DNA of 64,000 bases from an uncultured delta proteobacterium (GTDB lineage: Bacteria; Desulfobacterota; Binatia; Binatales; Binataceae): NCBI GenBank assembly GCA_963711565.1, contig CAVQEQ010000004.1, forward strand, positions 256,001 to 320,000, in the 5' to 3' direction. The notes beneath the pieces are model-generated. The model searched no databases. It was not told where the DNA came from and saw only the letters and a list, made by a program, of their open reading frames with translations. A program made the position numbers and the translations under genes. Shown one piece after another: positions 38,655-53,970 of the stretch. Each line of letters starts with the position of its first letter. Positions within the stretch are counted from its first letter, which is position 1.

Positions 38655-38726
38655 TCCGCGCCTCTCGCCAACGCGCCCCAACAGTGCGATAAATCTCCTC
38701 GAACACCCTCGGAGGACGTTTTCATT

Positions 38727-39506
38727 TTGAAGAATCCATTTAGTGTCGAAGGCAAAGTCACAATTGTAACCGGCGGCGGAACCGGAATCGGCGAGTCGAT
38801 CGCCAAGGAGTTCGCGATGCGCGGTGCGCCCGTTCTGATCGCGAGCCGCAAGCTCGAGAACCTCGAGCGCGTGCGCGACGAGATTCGCAAGGACGGCGGC
38901 AAATGCGAGATGACGCAGGTTGACGTCCGCGACGCCGATCAATGCGACAAAATGGTCGCCGAAGCGGTCAAGCAGTTCGGCCGCCTCGACGTGCTGATCA
39001 ACAATCACGGCGCCAGTATCACGACGCCGTCGCTCAATCTCTCGCCCAACGGATGGCGCGCGGTGGTCGGGATCAATCTCGACGGCACGTTCTTCTGCTC
39101 GAAGTCGGCGGCGCGCCAGTTCATCGAGCAGAAGGGTCCCGGCTCGATCGTCAATATCTCGTCCACGGCAGGCGTGCACGGCTCGCCCACGATGCTTCCG
39201 TACGGCGCCGCGAAAGCCGGCGTAATCAACCTGACCGTCTCGCAGGCCGGCGAATGGGGTCCCGTGGGCATTCGCGTCAACTGTATCGCGCCGGGGCCGA
39301 TCGACACCGAAGGCGCGGCGCCGCGCGTATGGCCCAATCCGAAGGTCAAAGATATGGTCGCGCGATCGCGCGCGCTGCAGCGCTTCGGCCGCGTCGAGGA
39401 AATCGCCTACCCATGCCTCTTCCTGGCGTCCGACGCGTCCAGCTACGTCACCGGCTCGCTGCTGATAATCGACGGCGGCGAAGGCATGATGCGCCTGGGC
39501 GGATAG
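38727..39506 (+). CDS. SDR-family oxidoreductase
   Basis: GGAGG RBS before TTG 38727; TGGGTGIG, YGAAK. Confidence 0.92.
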   Translation: MKNPFSVEGKVTIVTGGGTGIGESIAKEFAMRGAPVLIASRKLENLERVRDEIRKDGGKCEMTQVDVRDADQCDKMVAEAVKQFGRLDVLINNHGASITTPSLNLSPNGWRAVVGINLDGTFFCSKSAARQFIEQKGPGSIVNISSTAGVHGSPTMLPYGAAKAGVINLTVSQAGEWGPVGIRVNCIAPGPIDTEGAAPRVWPNPKVKDMVARSRALQRFGRVEEIAYPCLFLASDASSYVTGSLLIIDGGEGMMRLGG

Positions 39507-39569
39507 TTGGACAAACCACCGCATCAACAGTAAATAATTCGTCGATTCTGTCGAGAGAGGTTGATTTGT

Positions 39570-40025
39570 ATGGATAAGAGCGCCGTCGGGAAAACCGGCA
39601 AACCATTTAAGATGCATGTCGATTGGAGCAAGGTCCGCGAGTTCGCCCGCGCGATCAAAGATCCGAATCCGCTCTACTTCGATCAGGAATTGGCGAAGAA
39701 GGAAGTCGGCGGAGTGCCGGTGCCGGTCACGTTCCTGCAGACGAGCGCGTTCTGGACCGACGAGACTTCGAGTCCCGGCTTCGGCGGCTTCGATATGCGC
39801 CGTATCCTGCACGGCGAGCAGGAATTCGAATTCTTCAAACCGATCTTCGTCGGCGACACTCTGACCGGCGTGACCAGGGTCGCCAACGTCCTCGAAAAGG
39901 AAGGCGGCCGCGGCGGCAAGATGACGCTGCTGATCACCGAGACCGGGTACACCAACCAGAAGGGCGAGAAAGTCGCAATCGCGCGCGCGACCCTGATCGA
40001 AACCGGTCAAGCAGTCAAAGCCTGA
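39570..40025 (+). CDS. MaoC-like dehydratase, N-terminal (FAS1-type) subunit
   Basis: KVREFARAI.DPNPLY, LHGEQEFEF..PI.VGD. Confidence 0.88.
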   Translation: MDKSAVGKTGKPFKMHVDWSKVREFARAIKDPNPLYFDQELAKKEVGGVPVPVTFLQTSAFWTDETSSPGFGGFDMRRILHGEQEFEFFKPIFVGDTLTGVTRVANVLEKEGGRGGKMTLLITETGYTNQKGEKVAIARATLIETGQAVKA

Positions 40026-40044
40026 CCCCAGTCGGTGAAAAAAG

Positions 40045-40464
40045 ATGGCAAAATTAAAATACGATTCAGTGAAAGTCGGCGACGAAATTCCGAAAATCGA
40101 AATCAAAGGCGTCACCCGTCCCGATTTCGTCCGCTACGCCGGCGCGTCCGGCGACTTCGTCCCGCTGCATTACGATCAGACTTTCGTCGAGGCGGCTGGA
40201 ATCCCGACCGTGTTCGCGCAGGGGATGTTCACCGCGGGCCTGCTCTCCAAGGCCGTCACCGACTATGTCGGAATCGGCAACGTCCGCCGCTTCCAGGTCC
40301 GCTTCGCCACTCGCGTATGGCCGGGCAACGTCGTCACCTGCACCGGCAAGGTCACCAACAAGGTTGAGAAAGACGGCGAGAAGCAGATCGAGGGCGACCT
40401 GATAGTCCTGAACCAAAAAGGCGAGCCCGCAATCAAGGGCAGCTTCCGCGCCGCCTGCGCGTAG
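40045..40464 (+). CDS. MaoC-family dehydratase subunit
   Basis: RYAGASGDFVPLHYD, AQGM, VRF...VWPG. Confidence 0.9.
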   Translation: MAKLKYDSVKVGDEIPKIEIKGVTRPDFVRYAGASGDFVPLHYDQTFVEAAGIPTVFAQGMFTAGLLSKAVTDYVGIGNVRRFQVRFATRVWPGNVVTCTGKVTNKVEKDGEKQIEGDLIVLNQKGEPAIKGSFRAACA

Positions 40465-40467
40465 GCG

Positions 40468-40525
40468 GCGGGAAGGGCAAATCACCTCATTGAGTGTGAA
40501 ACCCCCGGTGGGTTTCACATTCAAT
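40468..40525 (-). repeat. Family A half element (hairpin 2 extended to 16 bp plus tail), copy 4
   Basis: attgagtgtgaaaccc/gggtttcacattcaat; tail gtgatttgcccttcccgc matches copy 3 at 17/18 nt. Confidence 0.85.
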
Positions 40526-40618
40526 CAGGATATTCCATTCGCGCGCGGCGCGTGGTTAAGATGACCACTCGTCAGAGTTAAGTTCCGGTTTGGGCTGGTC
40601 GGCAACGAGGTGGGGAAG

Positions 40619-41779
40619 ATGGTGCCGATTCGCTACAATTTCCGCAGCGTGATGGAGCGGCGCGCGACGTCGCTGATGACGATAATGGGCGTCGCGCTGG
40701 TCTCGATGATCTTCATCCTCGTTTTCGGATTTGCCGCCGGGCTCAATCAATCTCTGCTCAATGCCGGCGAAGACCGCAACGTGATCGTGATGGCCCGCGG
40801 CGTGACCAGCGAGAACGAGAGCTTCGTTCCCCATCAGAGTGTCGAGATACTGCGGGTGCGTCCGGAAATCGCAACCAACCAACAGCATCAGCCGCTCCTC
40901 TCGCGAGAGAGCATCGTCGGCGTGAACGTCAGTCGTACCAGAGGCGCCAAGGAATTCGCGCTGCTCCGCGGCGTCGATCCGATTGCCTACCAAGTGCATC
41001 CGCACCTTCAGCTCGTCGAGGGGCACTGGCCGGTGCGCGGCGATGGGGAATGGGTGGTCGGGCGACGGCTGCTGGCGCGCTTTCCATATCTCCAGCCGGG
41101 GACCGCATTTCACTACGAGCATCGTGATTGGAAAATCGTCGGGGTCTTTTCCGACAACGACAGCGCGCGCGAATCGGAAGCCTGGACCGATCTTGACGAC
41201 CTGATCAACGACTTTCATTGGGACGTCGGCGGCGCCGCCGCACTGCATCTCGTGTTGAATCCCGGGAGCGCGGCTGAGTTTGCACAGGCGATCAAGGCCG
41301 ACGGCCGCCTCTCGCTGCAGGCCGAAACCGAAAGCGAATACTACGCCGTGCAGGCGGCCTTGGCGGGGCAACTCCGCATGCTGGGATTGATCGTCGCGCT
41401 TGCGCTCGCGATTGGCGCGACCTTCGGCGGCGCGAACACGATGTACACGGCCGTGACCCGCCGCGGGCGCGAGATCGGAGTGCTGCGCGTATTGGGATTT
41501 TCGCGCGGCGACATTCTGAGCAGCTTCGTGATCGAGAGCGTCATCCTCGGCGTCGCCGGCGGCGTGGCGGGCGTCCTGCTCGCGACCGCAGTCGCGTGGG
41601 CGACAGGATTGACCAGCCGCACGATGAGTGTCGGCGCGATGTTCTTTTCGTACCGTCCTACCGCGGGTGCAATCGTGGCCGGCGTCGTGGTAGCGGCGAT
41701 TATCGGAGTTGCGGGCGGCCTGATGCCGGCCCTGCGCGCTTCTCGAGTCGGTATCATCAGCGCGCTCAGGGAGGCGTGA
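40619..41779 (+). CDS. MacB/FtsX-type ABC permease
   Basis: N-terminal TM, periplasmic domain, REIGVLRVLGF. Confidence 0.9.
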   Translation: MVPIRYNFRSVMERRATSLMTIMGVALVSMIFILVFGFAAGLNQSLLNAGEDRNVIVMARGVTSENESFVPHQSVEILRVRPEIATNQQHQPLLSRESIVGVNVSRTRGAKEFALLRGVDPIAYQVHPHLQLVEGHWPVRGDGEWVVGRRLLARFPYLQPGTAFHYEHRDWKIVGVFSDNDSARESEAWTDLDDLINDFHWDVGGAAALHLVLNPGSAAEFAQAIKADGRLSLQAETESEYYAVQAALAGQLRMLGLIVALALAIGATFGGANTMYTAVTRRGREIGVLRVLGFSRGDILSSFVIESVILGVAGGVAGVLLATAVAWATGLTSRTMSVGAMFFSYRPTAGAIVAGVVVAAIIGVAGGLMPALRASRVGIISALREA

Positions 41780-41781
41780 CG

Positions 41782-42948
41782 ATGACGGCCAAGTTATTGA
41801 TGATCGCCTTCCGCAACATGCGCCGTCAGCTTCGGCGGACGATCCTGACCGCGCTGACCTTTGCCGTCGCGGTCTTTATCTACACCGTGCTGGTTGCGGT
41901 GCCGTGGTCGATGGATCGAATCGCCTACAACGCGTCGAAGGGACTGCGCCTGGTGGTGACCGAGCGCAACAATGGGCGGCTGCCGGCGCGCTACTGCGGT
42001 CCGATCAAGACGCTGCCGCACGTGCTCGGATGCGCGCCGGAAATCCTGTGGGGCGCAATCTATCGCGATCCCAAGGACCCGATCATCACCTACGGGATCA
42101 ACGGCGATATCGCGAGCGTTACCGGCAGCAGCGACTACCAGCCGCCGCCGGACCTCGTGAAACAACTGCTCACCGACCGCCGCAACGCGATGGTTGGATA
42201 CGCGCTTATGCGTGAGCACGGATGGAAACTCGGCGAGCCGGTCACGCTGCGCAATCCCAGTGACGCCAAGCTCGCGCTGACATTTATTCCGATCGTCGAG
42301 TTTCCCACCGAATATCTGTCGCGGGCGTTCTTGTTCGATCGCAGGATGCTCGACAACGCGGTCAAGAATATTTATGGCGCGGATATCCAGGACCGCGCGT
42401 CATTCATCATGGTACGGGTTGACAGCGTCGAGAACATGGGACTGGTGGCCAACGAGATCGACGAGAACTTCCACAACTCCGACGCCGAAACCGAGACCAC
42501 GACCGAATCCGATTCGGTTGCCAACAGCGTTAGCGCGATCGGGAACATCCGCACGATCATCTACAGCTTGTGCATGGTGGTGCTGCTGACGGTCCTGCTG
42601 ATCGCCGCCAATTCGATGGCGATGATGGTGCGCGACCGAATCGCCGAAGTGGCGGTGATGCGCGCGCTCGGGTTCACGCGCACGCATGTCGCACTTCTGC
42701 TGTTCGCCGAGGCGGCTCTGATTGGCCTTTGCGGTTCGCTTGTCGGTGCGGGGCTGGCACTCTGGATATTTTCGCACGGCATCAGGCTCGGCGAGATTAC
42801 CGGGATGCTGGGCTATCTGGAGGTTCGTCCGGAGACCGCCGCCGCCGCGGTAGCCACTGCGGTGCTGGTAAGCCTCGCGAGCGCACTCGGCCCGGTGATC
42901 CGCGCGATGCGGGTGGTGCCGGCGATGGCGTTCCGCGAGGTCGTGTAG
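41782..42948 (+). CDS. MacB/FtsX-type ABC permease
   Basis: AFRNMRRQLRRTILT, EVAVMRALGF. Confidence 0.9.
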   Translation: MTAKLLMIAFRNMRRQLRRTILTALTFAVAVFIYTVLVAVPWSMDRIAYNASKGLRLVVTERNNGRLPARYCGPIKTLPHVLGCAPEILWGAIYRDPKDPIITYGINGDIASVTGSSDYQPPPDLVKQLLTDRRNAMVGYALMREHGWKLGEPVTLRNPSDAKLALTFIPIVEFPTEYLSRAFLFDRRMLDNAVKNIYGADIQDRASFIMVRVDSVENMGLVANEIDENFHNSDAETETTTESDSVANSVSAIGNIRTIIYSLCMVVLLTVLLIAANSMAMMVRDRIAEVAVMRALGFTRTHVALLLFAEAALIGLCGSLVGAGLALWIFSHGIRLGEITGMLGYLEVRPETAAAAVATAVLVSLASALGPVIRAMRVVPAMAFREVV

Positions 42949-43137
42949 ATTGGCGGGGCCCACCTCCTGACCTCCCTGTGGACCAAATTGTTGAGCAATT
43001 GTGGATAGTTAGCGCTCCGGCTGCTCTTTTCTGCTTGATAAGCTGCGCATAATCCGCCATAGGAGACAAATTAGCTCGACTGCTAGCCCGGATGGGTGGG
43101 CTTTCGCAGCCCGCCTCGGAGGCGCAACATAATCGTA

Positions 43138-44592
43138 ATGGGTGAACCTCGGCACATCATTATTCACGGGCATTTCTATCAGCCTCCGCGCGAGAACCCT
43201 TGGACGGGTTTGATCAGCCCCGAGCACGGTGCGTCGCCGTTTCAGAACTGGAACGAGCGGATTCTGAGCGAGTGCTACACCGCCAACGCGCATGCGCATA
43301 CGATGTCTGGCTCGGTCGTCCATGTTCGCAACAATTACGAGTCGCTCAGCTTCGATGTCGGGCCGACGCTAGCTGAATGGCTGCAAACGCATGGCAAGAC
43401 CGCGTATCGCGCGATGACTCGTGGCGACGCGCTGTATGCCGCCGCTCACGGTGGCCACGGCAACGCGATTGCCCAATCGTATAGTCATTCGATTTTGCCG
43501 CTGTTGCCGCCGCGCGATCGCGAATTGCAGATCGCCTGGGGTATCGAGGATTTCGTTTTCCGCTTCGGGCGCAAGCCGGCCGGGATGTGGCTGCCTGAAT
43601 GTGCGGCCGACGACGACACGCTCGCGTCGGTCGCGGCGGCGGGAATCCAGTTCGTCATTCTGGCGTCGGACCAGGGAAATTTTAAGGGGCAGGGCGCCGA
43701 GTCGCGGGGCGCGGGTCCGTTCCAATGGCGCAGCGGCGATTTGACTCTCGCGGTTTTCCGATTCGATCGTGAATTGTCCAATACCGTCTCTTTTGGCGAC
43801 GGTATGGCCGATGGCGCGCGGCTGGCGGACTGGATCGCGGACACTGCGGCCAACCTCGAACCCGGTGCGGCGCTGATGATTGCGACCGACGGCGAGACGT
43901 TTGGGCATCATAATAAACACGGCGCCGCCGAACTGGCGCGCACGCTGATCGCACTCGAAGAACGCGACGACGTAATCGTCACCAACTGCGACGAATACCT
44001 CGCCGCACATCCCGCTTCCGGGTCGTTCGAGATTACGTCGGCCTCGTCGTGGAGCTGTTCGCATGGCGTCGAGCGATGGCGCTCGAACTGCGGATGCCGC
44101 AACGACGCGCACACGTCGCAGGAATGGCGCGCGCCGTTTCGCGCCGCGATGGATTTCGTGAAGTATCACGCCGAGGCGACCTACGACCGTTTCGCGCCGG
44201 CGCTGGTTAAGGACCCGGGCGCGCTTTTGCGCGGCGGAATCCGCCTGCTGATCGATCCGGATCCAGCGGTGCACGACGAGACCTTCAAGCACGCCGGCGT
44301 TGCCGACGAGGTTAATCGCGAAGCGCTGCTGCGGATGCTCGAGATGGTGCTTGCGGGACAGGCGGCGCTGACAAGCTGCGCGTGGTTCTTCGACGATTTC
44401 GGCGGGCTCGAGGGGCGCGTCGCGCTCCGCTGGGCGGCGCGTGCAGTCGAGCTGGCGGCGGAGCATTCGGCGAGCGTCGAAAACGAACTGCTCGAGCGGC
44501 TGCGCGGGATCAATTCGAACCGGCGCGAAAATGGCGACGCCGCGACTCTGTACCTGAGCTTGAAAACGCGCGAAGCTCGCGGTCGCGTGTAG
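43138..44592 (+). CDS. GH57-like glycoside hydrolase (DUF3536-associated type)
   Basis: [48 protein letters not shown]. Confidence 0.88.
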   Translation: MGEPRHIIIHGHFYQPPRENPWTGLISPEHGASPFQNWNERILSECYTANAHAHTMSGSVVHVRNNYESLSFDVGPTLAEWLQTHGKTAYRAMTRGDALYAAAHGGHGNAIAQSYSHSILPLLPPRDRELQIAWGIEDFVFRFGRKPAGMWLPECAADDDTLASVAAAGIQFVILASDQGNFKGQGAESRGAGPFQWRSGDLTLAVFRFDRELSNTVSFGDGMADGARLADWIADTAANLEPGAALMIATDGETFGHHNKHGAAELARTLIALEERDDVIVTNCDEYLAAHPASGSFEITSASSWSCSHGVERWRSNCGCRNDAHTSQEWRAPFRAAMDFVKYHAEATYDRFAPALVKDPGALLRGGIRLLIDPDPAVHDETFKHAGVADEVNREALLRMLEMVLAGQAALTSCAWFFDDFGGLEGRVALRWAARAVELAAEHSASVENELLERLRGINSNRRENGDAATLYLSLKTREARGRV

Positions 44593-44633
44593 CCACTGGC
44601 AGGCACGCAAGTTTAAGCGACAGGTGCAGGCCG

Positions 44634-46592
<1,959 letters not shown>

Positions 46593-46593
46593 A

Positions 46594-46857
46594 ATCCTAA
46601 CCTCTCCTTGTCCGAGGAGAGGTCGGCGAAAGCCGCGAAGCGGTGTCGCCGGGTGAGGTGCAACGCCGGACAGCGCACCTGTCCCAACTCGTTTAACCGC
46701 AATTCACAGACACTGGTCCGCCGGCCGGAAAGCAGCAGCACTTTCTGACCTGCTGCACCAAGCAAACCTGCTTATCTGCTCCGTCCAGATCTGCACCTCA
46801 CCCGTCGCTCACCTTCGGCTCGCGCCGACCTCTCCTCGGACAAGGAGAGGTTAGGAT
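46594..46857. repeat. 264-bp REPIN/MITE-like element (family C-related)
   Basis: Perfect 35-bp inverted ends (46594-46628 / 46823-46857), each internally palindromic, plus a 13-bp inner inverted pair (46650-46662 / 46792-46804). Confidence 0.9.
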
Positions 46858-46876
46858 CAAGTGACTAGTCTCTCGA

Positions 46877-48163
46877 TTAGTTCATTTGCAGACGACTGAC
46901 TACTTCAGTCACGCGCGCAGGATCGACAATAACTATTGCCGCCGCACCCACCGCGAACATGATCGCGAACCCCACCATCAGCCGTACATAGAATGCCGGC
47001 TGATGACTGGTCCGCGCGACGGCCGATTTGAACACGGCGTTTACTGCGTGTGCCAGCGTCAGTCCAATGACCGCGTCGCGCGCCGGGCTGGTCCCGGACT
47101 GAACGAAGGACGCCAGCGTCAGCGAGATGGCGGTGACGTCCACCAGTCCGCTGATCGCGGACACTACCATCTGGCCGCCAAAGCCCGCATAATGCTTGGC
47201 GACGCGGGTAATCAGCAGCACGATGGTGAATATCGCGCCGAACTCCAATGCCGGCCGAATCGAAAACGGGTTGCGAAAAGTGGAATCCGTGATCGCGGTG
47301 CGCTTCTTTCTCGCCGGTGCGAGGACCATGGCGGCGGCGAATCCCGCGAGCATCATCGCGGCGAAAGCGGGGACGGCCGCGACCGCGAGCATCGGACTGA
47401 CTACAGCGACTATCAGCAGCGTGCGCGGAAAGAGTATTGAATTGGCTATTAGCGAATAGCGGGCGGCGGGGATCGCGGAGTCGGGCGCGTCGGCGACTGC
47501 GCGCGAAACTCCAGCAGTGTAGGCAGTCGTCGAGGCGATCGCTCCGACTATTGCAGTGAGTAATGCGCCGCGCTCACTGCCGGCAAACTTGGTCAGGAAA
47601 TAACCGATATACGAGACGCCGGACACGAGGATTACAAACAACCAGATTTCGCGCGGGCGGAAAAATCCAAACGGTCCGTAGCTGCCGGTCGGCAGGAGCG
47701 GATAGATGATGAAAATCAGCGCGAGAAAACTCAGCGTGTCGATGTATTCGCGGTCGGAGATCGCGTCGCGCACAAAGCGGCGCAGCTGATCGCGCTCGGC
47801 TAAAATCGCGGCGAGCACGATTCCAAGTCCGGCGCCGAATTGGCGGTCCGACGTGAGGCATAAGCCAGCCAGTGCGAACGTCGCCACCGCTGCCAGCTCG
47901 GTGGTGATTCCGTTGCGTTCCGGATGCTGCGCGCGCATCACAAGCAGGGCGCCGATCGTGCCGATGAACAACGCGATAGCGATTGCGGCGCTGCCGGAGT
48001 GTCCCGCGACCGCGCCGAGCAGCGCGATTATCAGGAAATCGCGCATCCCGGGGCGCGGCGGACCCTTGGGCAGGGGTTCCCGCGTGCGGCCGACCAGGAA
48101 TCCGATCGCCAGCGCGAGCAGAAATCCAAGAGCGGGTGAGTTGGGACCGGTCAGGTCGGGCAT
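46877..48163 (-). CDS. MgtC/SapB-family membrane protein with DUF4010
   Basis: GFLVGRTRE, GMRDF, GITTELA, VSYIGY, STTA, SGLVDVTAI. Confidence 0.88.
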   Translation of the reverse strand: MPDLTGPNSPALGFLLALAIGFLVGRTREPLPKGPPRPGMRDFLIIALLGAVAGHSGSAAIAIALFIGTIGALLVMRAQHPERNGITTELAAVATFALAGLCLTSDRQFGAGLGIVLAAILAERDQLRRFVRDAISDREYIDTLSFLALIFIIYPLLPTGSYGPFGFFRPREIWLFVILVSGVSYIGYFLTKFAGSERGALLTAIVGAIASTTAYTAGVSRAVADAPDSAIPAARYSLIANSILFPRTLLIVAVVSPMLAVAAVPAFAAMMLAGFAAAMVLAPARKKRTAITDSTFRNPFSIRPALEFGAIFTIVLLITRVAKHYAGFGGQMVVSAISGLVDVTAISLTLASFVQSGTSPARDAVIGLTLAHAVNAVFKSAVARTSHQPAFYVRLMVGFAIMFAVGAAAIVIVDPARVTEVVSRLQMN

Positions 48164-48301
48164 CGAGAGCGCAATGCTAGCGGAATGCGGGTAGAAATGC
48201 TTGATCGCAGGGAGTTACGGTGATGGCGTCAACGTCCCTCTACCGTCCACAAACCCCCGCCTTGCTGACACCTTGTCCGCGGTGGTATCTTGCTGGGCGT
48301 G

Positions 48302-48325
48302 AAGTGGGCGCGTGCCCACTTTTTT
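48302..48325 (+). promoter_or_regulatory. rimP-leader attenuator/terminator hairpin
   Basis: aagtgggc-gcgt-gcccactt followed by a T-run, ~70 nt upstream of rimP; possible TG-n-TATCTT -10 at 48283-48291. Confidence 0.75.
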
Positions 48326-48391
48326 GTTGGTGTCGCAAAAAGGGTTTCGGGACATAAACCGGCGGCTTGGCCGAAGCGAGCGGAGAGGTGA

Positions 48392-48883
48392 GTGCAGATG
48401 ATCGCCCTGACGCTTCATCCGACCGCGGAAAAAGTGCTCGCGCTGCTCGAGGCGCACGTCGAACGCCAGGGCTACGAGCTGGTGTCGGTGGATTTTCGCA
48501 AGGGCACGCGAAATTCCCTGCTGCGGCTGCTGGTTGATAAGCCGGGTGGTGGAATTGCGCTGAGCGATCTCGAGAAGTTGAGCCCGGCGCTCGGCGATTT
48601 GCTCGACGTGTACGACCCCGTCGAAGGGCGCTACACGCTGGAGGTCGCGTCGCCGGGAATCAACCGGCCATTGCGCAAGCTTGAGCATTTCGAGGCGGTG
48701 AAGGGCGAGCGGGTCAAGGTGCGGACGCATCGCGCACGCGACGGGCAGAAGTCCTTCGTGGGCAAGTTGGTGAGCGTCGGCGAGAGTGGAATCGAGCTTG
48801 ACGACGAGACCAGCCGCAAGCGGCAGACGATTGGTTTCGACGAGATGACTGGAGCTAATTACGAGTATGACTTTGACAAGTAG
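48392..48883 (+). CDS. rimP: Ribosome maturation factor
   Basis: GYELV.V, YTLEVASPGINRPL; operon position. Confidence 0.95.
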   Translation: MQMIALTLHPTAEKVLALLEAHVERQGYELVSVDFRKGTRNSLLRLLVDKPGGGIALSDLEKLSPALGDLLDVYDPVEGRYTLEVASPGINRPLRKLEHFEAVKGERVKVRTHRARDGQKSFVGKLVSVGESGIELDDETSRKRQTIGFDEMTGANYEYDFDK

Positions 48884-48958
48884 ATGCATCGGCTCCCACT
48901 CGAGCGGAGCAACTAAAACTATTGGCGCGCAGCGCTTTGCGCGCCCCGGGGAGGCGTT

Positions 48959-50389
48959 ATGCAGATCGATCTGAACCGGGTAATCGAGCAGGTAAGCAAG
49001 GAAAAAGGCATCGACAAGACGATCGTGATCAACGCGGTCGAGGAGATGATGCATTCGGCGGCGCGGCGCACCTTCGGCCCCGACCGCAATATCGAGTCGC
49101 GCTTCAATCCGGAGCTCGGCGAAATCGAGTTGTTCGAAATCAAGACCGTCGTCGAGAAGGTCGCCAACGCGGCTGCCGAGGCCAACGTCGCCGAGGCGCG
49201 CGCGAAATACGATCCCGAAGCGGAAGTCGGCGACGAAATTCTGATCAAGCTCGACACCGCCACGATGGGTCGGATCGCGGCTCAAGCGGCCAAGCAAAAT
49301 CTCATCCAGCACATCCGCGACGCCGAGCGCAAACAGATTTTCAACGAGTTCAAGGATCGCAAGCAGGAAGTCGTCTCCGGCATTGTGCAGCGCTTCGAGC
49401 GCAAGAACATGATCGTCAACCTCGGCCGCACCGAGGCGATCCTGCCCGAGAAGGAACAGATTCCGCACGAGCGCTATCGCCAGGGCGATCGCATCCGCGC
49501 GCTGATTCTCGACGTCGATCTTTCCGAGAAGGGACTTTCGATCGTGCTCTCGCGCACCTCGAACGACTTCCTGATGAAGCTGTTCGAGCAGGAGGTGCCG
49601 GAGATTTACGAGGGTATCGTCGAGATTCGCCAGAGCGCGCGCGAGCCGGGCGGCCGCGCCAAGGTCGCCGTGTACTCGAAAGACTCGGACGTTGATCCGG
49701 TCGGCGCATGCGTCGGGATGAAGGGCACGCGTGTGCAATCCGTCGTGCAGGAACTCCGCGGCGAGAAGATCGACATCGTGCCGTGGACCGACGATCAGGC
49801 CGAGCTGGTATGCCGCGCACTCGCGCCGGCGAAAGTCTCGAAGGTGATAATCGACGAGGACGAGCATGCGATGGAAGTGATCGTTCCCGACGATCAACTG
49901 TCGTTGGCGATTGGCAAGCGCGGCCAGAACGTACGCCTCGCTCATCGCCTCACTGGATGGAAGCTCGACGTTCGCAGCGAGGCGGAGGCCGAAGAAGAGG
50001 CCCGCTCGGCGCGCGCGTCGCTTAATGCGATCCCCGGCATCGGCGATATCAACGCCGAGCTGCTCTACCAATGGGGCTTCCGCTCGGCCGAGCAACTGGC
50101 GGAGGCCGACGAGACCGCCTTCGACGTCGAGGGAATCAGCGCCGAGCGCGCGACCCAGATAATCAACGCGGCGCGCGATCACGTCGCTAACAAGAAGGTC
50201 ATTGCTGCCGAAAAGGCGGCGGCTGCGGAAGAAGCGGCAACTGCCGCGGCCGCCGCGGCGGCTGACGCTGCGCAGGCTGCGGCCGAACTGGCTGCCGCCA
50301 CCGAAGCGGAAGGCGCGGAGGCGGCGAGCGAGACGATCGTCGAGGAATCGGCGCCCGCTGCCGCCACCGAAGATGCGGGAGAAAAATAA
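48959..50389 (+). CDS. nusA: Transcription termination factor NusA
   Basis: GRIAAQAAKQ, DPVGACVGMKG, AIGKRGQNVRLA. Confidence 0.97.
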   Translation: MQIDLNRVIEQVSKEKGIDKTIVINAVEEMMHSAARRTFGPDRNIESRFNPELGEIELFEIKTVVEKVANAAAEANVAEARAKYDPEAEVGDEILIKLDTATMGRIAAQAAKQNLIQHIRDAERKQIFNEFKDRKQEVVSGIVQRFERKNMIVNLGRTEAILPEKEQIPHERYRQGDRIRALILDVDLSEKGLSIVLSRTSNDFLMKLFEQEVPEIYEGIVEIRQSAREPGGRAKVAVYSKDSDVDPVGACVGMKGTRVQSVVQELRGEKIDIVPWTDDQAELVCRALAPAKVSKVIIDEDEHAMEVIVPDDQLSLAIGKRGQNVRLAHRLTGWKLDVRSEAEAEEEARSARASLNAIPGIGDINAELLYQWGFRSAEQLAEADETAFDVEGISAERATQIINAARDHVANKKVIAAEKAAAAEEAATAAAAAAADAAQAAAELAAATEAEGAEAASETIVEESAPAAATEDAGEK

Positions 50390-50666
50390 CGCGCCCGAGC
50401 GCACCTGCATCGGATGTATGCAGCGGGACGCGAAGGCGTCGATGGTGCGAATCGCGGTTGTGAACGAACATGCCGAAGTGGATTTCGAGGCGCGCAGGGC
50501 AGGGCGCGGCGGCTATTTGCATCCGGCGCCCGAATGCGTCGAGCGGTTCGTCGGTCTAAAGGTTAAGGAATTTCGTGCGCTCCGGCGGAAAATTGAACGT
50601 CCCGAGCGCCTTGAAATAGCGGCGGCAATTAAACAGCGACTGGATAGAAACTCAAAGGTCGAATAG
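50373..50666 (+). CDS. ylxR: YlxR/DUF448 RNA-binding protein
   Basis: PERTCIGC...GRGGYLH...C, located between nusA and infB. Confidence 0.9.
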   Translation: MREKNNAPERTCIGCMQRDAKASMVRIAVVNEHAEVDFEARRAGRGGYLHPAPECVERFVGLKVKEFRALRRKIERPERLEIAAAIKQRLDRNSKVE

Positions 50667-50676
50667 TATAACTGGG

Positions 50677-53604
<2,928 letters not shown>

Positions 53605-53667
53605 ACTGCGGGTTGGTAGGTCGTTCCGGGCGCGCGATGTGCGCGTTGGCGGAGGGGGCGTATTGCT

Positions 53668-53955
53668 ATGGTCGTCGGCATCATGCGGCTGACCCTGTTT
53701 CTGCCGGAAAATCATTCGCTCAAGGGCAAGCGACAGGTGCTGCGCGCGATCAAGAGTCGCGTCCAGAACAAGTTCAACGTCTCGATCGCCGAGTCCGACA
53801 ACCACGACATGTGGCAGCGCGCCGAGTTGGGCATCGCGCAGGTTGGCAGCGACCGCGCGTTCGTGGACAAGGCGCTGCGCGAGGTCGTGAACTTTATCGA
53901 TTCGCTGGGCCTGGTCCCGCTCGGCGAAGAGCAGCTAGAGATCATCAACTGCTGA
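53668..53955 (+). CDS. DUF503 family protein
   Basis: SLKGKR, KFNVSIAE; operon position. Confidence 0.92.
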   Translation: MVVGIMRLTLFLPENHSLKGKRQVLRAIKSRVQNKFNVSIAESDNHDMWQRAELGIAQVGSDRAFVDKALREVVNFIDSLGLVPLGEEQLEIINC

Positions 53956-53970
53956 CACCGGTGAAGAACG

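Noticed and set aside
38571-38726. 52-aa N-terminal extension of the SDR reading through family A copy 3
   Set aside because: A GGAGG RBS precedes TTG 38727, which gives a normal-length SDR; the upstream start lacks an RBS.
42975-43010. DnaA-box-like words (tgtggata; also ttgtccaca near 37945)
   Set aside because: Isolated imperfect matches with no cluster, unwinding element or origin-type genes.
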